DNA from: an uncultured Nitrospiraceae bacterium
GTDB taxonomy: Bacteria > Nitrospirota > Nitrospiria > Nitrospirales > Nitrospiraceae
Reading direction: 5' to 3'
Assembly (NCBI GenBank): GCA_963730935.1
Contig: CAVSTP010000003.1
Coordinates: forward strand, 288,001-352,000
DNA length: 64,000 bases
Under the pieces are notes generated by a model. It did not search any database. It saw nothing but the letters and a program-made list of their open reading frames with translations, and was not told the DNA's origin. Shown one piece after another: positions 58,087-64,000 of the stretch. The position numbers and the translations under genes were made by a program. Within the stretch, counting starts at the first letter, position 1; each line of letters opens with the position of its first letter.

Positions 58087-58217
58087 GCTTCATTATAAAG
58101 GACAAATGCAGCGGGACGTGCAGGGTCGACGCGCACTGCTTACTGAGGTCCAGCGAGGATACTCATCACCCCCCCCTTCCTCAGCCGCACCAGGAATCCA
58201 CGAGCGCATGGTCGTAG

Positions 58218-58343
58218 AGGTCGGGGCCCTAACTTGCCGATGCGAGCGGCGCTTGCTCATCGTAGCAAGCGCGAAGACTGCGATGTGTGAGCCGTTGCGG
58301 CGAGTTTGCAAGCTTCAGCGAGCAAGGCTTAGTTGGGTGACCT
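58218..58343. repeat. Structured intergenic element with imperfect terminal inverted repeats
   Basis: AGGTC..CCCTAACT / AGTTGGGTGACCT ends; internal 9-bp hairpin GCGCTTGCT-6 nt-AGCAAGCGC. Confidence 0.45.
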
Positions 58344-58375
58344 GAAGACTTGGCGCTGAGCGGGCGCTGGGGCGG

Positions 58376-59827
58376 CTATTCCACTTCCTGTAGTTTAATC
58401 AGATTCGTTCCTCCCGGCTGCCCGATCTGCGTTCCCGAGAGGACGACGATGCGCTCACCGGTCTTGGCCAATCCTTCTGCTTTGAGCCGGCGTTCGGCTT
58501 CGTGGACGCGCTCATCGGTTTGAGCGATCTGCTGCATGGTATGGGGCTGCACGCCCCAATAGAGCGCCATCTGCCGGCGCACGGGTTCAAACGGCGTAAA
58601 GGCGATGATCGGCGCTACGGGGCGCTGTTTAGAGATCAAGCGGGCGGTGTTTCCAAGTTCACTGAAGGCAACAATCGCGGTGGCCGTCGTGGCCGCTGCG
58701 GCGGACGATGCCGCGGTGCAGATGGCTTCCGGAAGCGTCATGTCGCCGAAGTCGCCCTGACGTTTCAACACTACGCCTGGCTCGCATCCTTCCTCGGCAG
58801 CTCGAATGATGCGATCCATGACTTGGACCGTTTCAACCGGATGGGCGCCGATCGCCGTTTCAGCCGACAACATGACGGCGTCTGTGCCGTCGAAGACCGC
58901 ATTGGCGACATCGGACGCTTCCGCTCGCGTCGGACGCAAATGCTGCGTCATGGACTCCAACATCTGGGTGGCCGTAATGACCAGCCGGCGGCGGCGATTG
59001 GCCTCCGCGATGATGCGCTTCTGGAGCAGAGGAACGGCTTCCGGACCCATTTCGACACCGAGGTCGCCGCGCGCGATCATCACGCCGTCGGCCTCTTCCA
59101 AAATGGCCTCAAGGCAGGTGATGGCCTCCTGCCGTTCGACTTTCGCAATAACCGGGATGCTGCCGCCGCGTCCCGCGATGAGTGTTTTTGCAGCACGAAC
59201 ATCGTCGGCCCCGCGGACAAACGACAGCGCGACATAATCGACGCCTTGCTCGACCCCGAATCGAATGTCCTCCCGGTCTTTGTCGGTCAGCGTCGGTGCG
59301 CTGACGCGTGTGCCGGGCAGATTAATGCCCTTGTGAGACGTAACCGTCCCTCCAACGACCACATGGCAGTCCAGATGGCCTCCGCTGATCTGTTCGACGG
59401 CCAGCTCGATGAGGCCGTCGTTGATGAGGATGCGGGCGCCAGGCCTCACATCCCTGGCCAGGTGCTGATAGGTGACGGGAATTTCCTGAACGCTGGAAGA
59501 CGAAATCGATTGATGGCCAAGTTGTCCGCCGGATCGCCCCAACACCGTCTGCAGTCGCACGGACTGGTGTCCACGCAGCACGATCCCGCCTTCGGCGATC
59601 TCGCCGACACGGATCCTCGGTCCTTGGAGATCTTGAATGATCGCGACGGGAGCCCGACAGTGGTCGGCCGCTTCGCGAATGGTCTTGATGGCAGCGGCAT
59701 GCGAAGCATGCGTGCCGTGGGAAAAGTTCAGGCGGGCGGCGTTCATGCCCTGTTCGATCAACCGGATTACTGTGTTCAAGTGATCGCTGGCGGGCCCGAT
59801 CGTACAAACGATTTTCGCTTTACGCAT
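58376..59827 (-). CDS. pyk: Pyruvate kinase
   Basis: KIVCTIGPAS, RLNFSHG, DLQGP, MIARGDLGVE, ATQMLESM, DAVMLSAET. Confidence 0.98.
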   Translation of the reverse strand: MRKAKIVCTIGPASDHLNTVIRLIEQGMNAARLNFSHGTHASHAAAIKTIREAADHCRAPVAIIQDLQGPRIRVGEIAEGGIVLRGHQSVRLQTVLGRSGGQLGHQSISSSSVQEIPVTYQHLARDVRPGARILINDGLIELAVEQISGGHLDCHVVVGGTVTSHKGINLPGTRVSAPTLTDKDREDIRFGVEQGVDYVALSFVRGADDVRAAKTLIAGRGGSIPVIAKVERQEAITCLEAILEEADGVMIARGDLGVEMGPEAVPLLQKRIIAEANRRRRLVITATQMLESMTQHLRPTRAEASDVANAVFDGTDAVMLSAETAIGAHPVETVQVMDRIIRAAEEGCEPGVVLKRQGDFGDMTLPEAICTAASSAAAATTATAIVAFSELGNTARLISKQRPVAPIIAFTPFEPVRRQMALYWGVQPHTMQQIAQTDERVHEAERRLKAEGLAKTGERIVVLSGTQIGQPGGTNLIKLQEVE

Positions 59828-59934
59828 CTGAGTTCCTCAGGTATTGACAAGAGAAGCACAGAGGTCCAAAAGATGCTACAGGAACATGTCATACTCGCCG
59901 GAAGACGCAGCAGCCGGCGTACTAGTGAGGGAGC

Positions 59935-62247
59935 ATGCAGATTACCACAAATCAACTCGATTTCGTGACGATTGAAGGACTTTTGACGTATGCAGAAGAA
60001 TTCGCGCGTGGTTCCGTCGCCGCCGATGTGGAACCACCCGCTCCGCCGCCTTCGACGGGAGACCGGATCAAGCAGGCGCAAGTGGCCATGGACCGTCTCC
60101 GGCGTTTTGTTCAGGAGGCGCAAAAGGGCTTGCCCGGCGCCGCCGCGTATCGTGCGGCGCGACGTGCCGTCCTCGAAGAAGCCTGCGGAGGCGATGCGCT
60201 GGTGTTCTATGCCGCCTGGAATCGGTTGGTGGCCGAAGGCGCGCTGCAGCCGCTCATGCGGGCACCGATCGGATCGGTGCTGAAGCCTGCCCACCGACGT
60301 CCCGTCGCCATTGTGCCTCGTGCCCAGCTCACCCCGCAGCTCGCCGAGGGGCGCATCGTGCTCGATCTCGGCGACGACCGCTTCTGGCTACTGCCTCGCG
60401 ATTTGGCAGATCGCACGCTGCTCTTCACGATGCGGCATGGGATTTCCCGTGTGGAAAGCAAAACGCATCGGGTGGGCCAACGCCTGTCCAATCAGCTCGA
60501 CGAAGAACGGGGCGTCCCACGAGCCGATGCCGTGGGGTCCGCGCTGGCCCGCATGGTGGGGGTCGTCGGACAACAACTCGACTTTCTGCATCTGACAAAT
60601 TATCTCGACCCGCGCCGTTTCCTTCATTTCATCAGCCATAGCCCGAATACCCGTCAACTCTATCAGCGGGTCGTACGTGCGCTCAGCCCGGCGTCCGATT
60701 TGCATCCGGAGCCCATGTTCGAGCATGCCCTCGAATCGTCGGATTTCGGATGGATCACCGGCGTCGCGAAAACGGCTGAGACGGAGGCCCTCGCCAAGGC
60801 CTTCGGCGTGGAGGTCTCGACCGCCAAGCGGCTCATCAAAGATCCCTTGTACTGTTATCCGGGGGGCAACTCCTTCTTCGACCTCTACGTCGACGTCATC
60901 GACGGTCTGCACAGGTTGGGGGAAGCCCATCGCGGCCAGGTGGCTTGCTTGTACACGCATAGCTCGACACTCCGCGCGTTGATGATTTATTTGGATGCCC
61001 GTCCCTTTCACGAAGCGTTCACGGAATTCAGCGACTACAAGGAGAGCCAGGACAACGTCGTGCTCCTGACCTATGAACAGGGACGGCTATCCGGTTATTC
61101 AACCGCCGTCGGCCTATCGGAGCGCGAGCGGGCGGCGCGCGAAAACTGGGTGTCGCTCGAGCGCGTGAGAAAAGACAGCGTGACGCTGAAGCCTCGGCAG
61201 ATCAAACGCATCGTGGCTCTCGTATCCGGCGGAGATTTCGCCGGGGCCGGCGCGGCCCTGAAAGAGATCCGAGTGGCCGGACAACGCTATGGACTCAAAG
61301 TGCATTTCGTTCGGCATGGGTTTCTTGGACTCGCGAACAACTGGATCGAAGCGGTAACCGAGGAAGACACGCGCGGCATGAGCAGTCACGCGAGCAGTCC
61401 GATTGGCAGCAGTCGGTTCGAGGATTTCAAAGAGGAGGGCGTGCAGCAGGCGGCGATGCGGAATCTTCAGCCTTATTTAGAGGATGCCGCGGTCGTCGTG
61501 TTGGGGGGCGACGGGAGCTTACGTGGCGCGAGGGCGGTCTATGAAGGGTTCGGTGTCCAAGTCGTCGGCCTTCCCGGCACCATCGACAACAATATCGAAG
61601 GCACGGTCTCGTTAGGCTACCATTCGGCCGTCGCGCTGGCCGACCAGTCGATCGAGTCGCTGAAGGCGACCAGTGCGGCCATGGGAAGCATTTTCTTCGT
61701 CGAAGTCATGGGCGCTGGCTCCGGCCATCTTGCCCTCGGCTGCGCCTATCAGTCGCGTGCTGAAGGGTTGTTGGTGAACGAACATCCCGATCCCGATGCC
61801 TATATCGACGACATCATCCTCGGCACATTGAAGCAGACGTTGGGCGTGCCGAACAAGAGCCATTTGTTCGTCGTGGCCGAGCACACGCCGCACCGCCATC
61901 ATCGGGAAGGCGGGGTGCATGGTCTGGTCGACTACGTGGCCGGCGTCATTGCGCAATGGCCGCAGCGGCAGGCGCGCGCGAATCAATATCCGCTGACGCT
62001 CGCGACCAAGGCGACGATACTCGGGCACACGCTGAGGGGTGCGAAACCCGTTCCCGAAGACAAGGCGATCGCCCAGCATCTGGCCTACGAAACGGTGCAA
62101 CGGTTGGTCGAGCGTCCGGAGGAGGTCGTGGGCTGTATGATGGCCTATCGTGAGCGCGGAACTATTGAAGCCATTCCGCTTCACGCCGTGGCACCGAAGC
62201 AGTTCGATTGGGACTTGTTCGCCAGAATGCATGGGAACGCATCCTAA
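59935..62247 (+). CDS. Histidine-phosphatase domain plus PfkA-family 6-phosphofructokinase fusion
   Basis: MRHG...DFG..TG...PGGNS...THS (His phosphatase); SGGD, GSSR, GGDGS, PGTIDN, EVMG, LGHTLRG (PfkA). Confidence 0.85.
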   Translation: MQITTNQLDFVTIEGLLTYAEEFARGSVAADVEPPAPPPSTGDRIKQAQVAMDRLRRFVQEAQKGLPGAAAYRAARRAVLEEACGGDALVFYAAWNRLVAEGALQPLMRAPIGSVLKPAHRRPVAIVPRAQLTPQLAEGRIVLDLGDDRFWLLPRDLADRTLLFTMRHGISRVESKTHRVGQRLSNQLDEERGVPRADAVGSALARMVGVVGQQLDFLHLTNYLDPRRFLHFISHSPNTRQLYQRVVRALSPASDLHPEPMFEHALESSDFGWITGVAKTAETEALAKAFGVEVSTAKRLIKDPLYCYPGGNSFFDLYVDVIDGLHRLGEAHRGQVACLYTHSSTLRALMIYLDARPFHEAFTEFSDYKESQDNVVLLTYEQGRLSGYSTAVGLSERERAARENWVSLERVRKDSVTLKPRQIKRIVALVSGGDFAGAGAALKEIRVAGQRYGLKVHFVRHGFLGLANNWIEAVTEEDTRGMSSHASSPIGSSRFEDFKEEGVQQAAMRNLQPYLEDAAVVVLGGDGSLRGARAVYEGFGVQVVGLPGTIDNNIEGTVSLGYHSAVALADQSIESLKATSAAMGSIFFVEVMGAGSGHLALGCAYQSRAEGLLVNEHPDPDAYIDDIILGTLKQTLGVPNKSHLFVVAEHTPHRHHREGGVHGLVDYVAGVIAQWPQRQARANQYPLTLATKATILGHTLRGAKPVPEDKAIAQHLAYETVQRLVERPEEVVGCMMAYRERGTIEAIPLHAVAPKQFDWDLFARMHGNAS

Positions 62248-62280
62248 ACATCCGGCTTGGGTGACAGGGACAATGTCGCG

Positions 62281-63627
62281 TTAGCGGGTCGCTTGCGTTT
62301 TGAGGGGAATCTCCAGGGCGAGCTCAACGGTAGACGGATCTGGATTCGCGACGTAAGTGGACCGTTCTGACGTGATTGATGGGGGTTCCGCAACCTGCCC
62401 AGTGGATGCGCGGCCGGCCATGACGGCTTCCTGGCGTGTGATGGGACCGAAGGGGACTCTCGAAAGACGGACGATCAAACGGTCCGATGCTGCCGGTACG
62501 GTCATCTGTTGGCGCTGCCGCCCGGCGATTTTCAACGAAATGTGACCGGTCTCTTTGGCAGGCAGCAGGAGCTCGGGTAACGAGTCGCCGGCCCTCCTCC
62601 ATATCTGAACATACGCCTCCTGATTGCTTTCGAACTTCAGTGTGACCGTCCCGGTGTCAGTTGCGGCCATCGCCGCATCCACTTCGTGCTCCTGTCCGTC
62701 ACTCTCGCGAATGACGAAGCTATACCGGAGGGCCAGCGGCTTCACCACCGACGGCCTCTCGGGCGCTTTTCGCGCCAGAGCAAACCGATCGGTCTTTTGC
62801 GCCGACTCGGCTTCATTCCCTTGAGCCCTGAGGCCAACCTCCGGGGCTGGGATCTGCCCATAAAATAGCGCCCGCGCGGATGGGCCGGCCGCGGCTCCCT
62901 CATCACTCTGCGCCAGGATTTGGACATCCACCCCTGAGGCAGGAGCAGATGGCGTTGGACGGCGATCTGATGAAGAAGCCGGCTCTTCAGTAGACTTGTC
63001 GAGCGTGGCGGTCGGCGCGCCAAGCTTCTGCGCTTCCTTCTGCCGAGGCGGCTCTCGCTTCTCGGCATGCTCCACACCTGAGCGAGGTCTCTCCGGGGGC
63101 CGGGAAGCGGCTGCTTGTTCTCGAGTGTTCAAGGGCTTGGTCAGGGCATCCTTTGCCGCCGATTCGGCCGGCGGAGCGGCCTTGGATTGTTTTGCCTCCG
63201 TGTCTTTGGGCGGGGCTTGTATCGGAGGAGTCAGCTGGGGCGCTGTCGATGCATCCGGTGGCCTTCCTTCTTCAAGGGCTGCGGTTTCGGAGGCTTGGTG
63301 CAAGCTCTCCTGATACACGTTGAGACTCAGGATGACCGCAAACACGCCCACGGCAACCCCGCCGACCCAGGCAAGGCCGGACGGGGTCCTGAAGCGATCT
63401 ACCCAAAATCGCCAACCGCGAACGCCTCGAGGCTGAGCCAAGGCCTGAAGCAATCTCCGGCGAACTGCCGGATCGGCCAGCAGTTCTTTCAGCGCCTGTT
63501 CATCGGCTAGGGCATTGAAGAGTTGTTGGTCGTGGAGCGCGGCGGCATAGAGTTGCTGACGTTCTTCAGCCGTGAGCGTATCGGCGGAAAATCCGCCCAA
63601 CAGTTTTTCCAGTTCGTGCTCAGCCAT
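62281..63627 (-). CDS. Putative membrane-anchored anti-sigma factor with low-complexity linker and C-terminal beta domain
   Basis: Helical N-terminus, one TM, Pro/Ala/Glu linker; immediately downstream of the ECF sigma. Confidence 0.65.
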   Translation of the reverse strand: MAEHELEKLLGGFSADTLTAEERQQLYAAALHDQQLFNALADEQALKELLADPAVRRRLLQALAQPRGVRGWRFWVDRFRTPSGLAWVGGVAVGVFAVILSLNVYQESLHQASETAALEEGRPPDASTAPQLTPPIQAPPKDTEAKQSKAAPPAESAAKDALTKPLNTREQAAASRPPERPRSGVEHAEKREPPRQKEAQKLGAPTATLDKSTEEPASSSDRRPTPSAPASGVDVQILAQSDEGAAAGPSARALFYGQIPAPEVGLRAQGNEAESAQKTDRFALARKAPERPSVVKPLALRYSFVIRESDGQEHEVDAAMAATDTGTVTLKFESNQEAYVQIWRRAGDSLPELLLPAKETGHISLKIAGRQRQQMTVPAASDRLIVRLSRVPFGPITRQEAVMAGRASTGQVAEPPSITSERSTYVANPDPSTVELALEIPLKTQATR

Positions 63628-63630
63628 GAT

Positions 63631-64000
63631 TTATTCCCAACCGCCGCCCATGAGCGCCATAAGCTGCTTCCGGCACCGCAGATCCCAGGTGTAGACGGTA
63701 TTGATGGACGTCTGTCCCATCAACCTTTGGATTTCGGGAAAGGTCCTTCCTTCCAGTTTCCACCTAAACAGCTCCCGGCACCGCTCGCCGAGTTGTGCCA
63801 AGGCGGCCATCAACCGCTCCACGCGCTGTTTCTGATCGAGCTGCGTCTCGGGCGAGGCGTCAGGCGCCGAAAGGGAGAGATCGTCGACCGATTCCTGATT
63901 ATACTCGCCGCGGCGAAGCGCCTTGCGGTGGGCATCGAGCATCTTGTATCGAAGCACTTGAAAGGCCAGAGGAACCAGTTCAGTCAGATCGGTGACATGG
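63631..64000 (-). CDS. ECF RNA polymerase sigma factor (5' end off window)
   Basis: Region-4 pattern LGERCRELFRWKLEGRTFPEI...NTVYTWDLRCRKQL. Confidence 0.8.
   Translation of the reverse strand, partial: HVTDLTELVPLAFQVLRYKMLDAHRKALRRGEYNQESVDDLSLSAPDASPETQLDQKQRVERLMAALAQLGERCRELFRWKLEGRTFPEIQRLMGQTSINTVYTWDLRCRKQLMALMGGGWE

Noticed and set aside
58502..59968. 488-aa plus-strand ORF
   Set aside because: Antisense shadow of pyk, typical of high-GC codon bias; no motifs

Overview
This 64-kb GC-rich window looks like core bacterial chromosome; gene content and repeat style suggest Nitrospira (inference). Housekeeping genes include bioB, lapB-like, rsfS-nadD-proB-obgE-rpmA-rplU, ilvE, secG-tpiA-pgk-gap, mutS2, queG, thiI-trxB-coaE, ydbH-ynbE-ydbL, a tRNA nucleotidyltransferase, Lhr helicase, an ATP-dependent DNA ligase and pyk, plus many hypothetical or exported proteins. 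I found no rRNA, tRNA, CRISPR array, transposase or integrase. Most notable: (1) a ~50-nt structured repeat module in three copies: inside a 166-bp TIR-bounded element, in the bioB leader, and in frame inside the DNA ligase; (2) a histidine-phosphatase/PfkA fusion with altered substrate-site residues, divergent from pyk; (3) an RnfD/NqrB-like membrane domain fused in frame to DUF2330, with an internal SD, ATG and signal peptide; (4) an orphan DGQHR (DndB/DpdB-like) gene between queG and thiI; (5) a predicted nine-bladed beta-propeller lipoprotein; (6) many genes with leaderless-type promoter geometry. All family calls come from motif recognition, not database searches.
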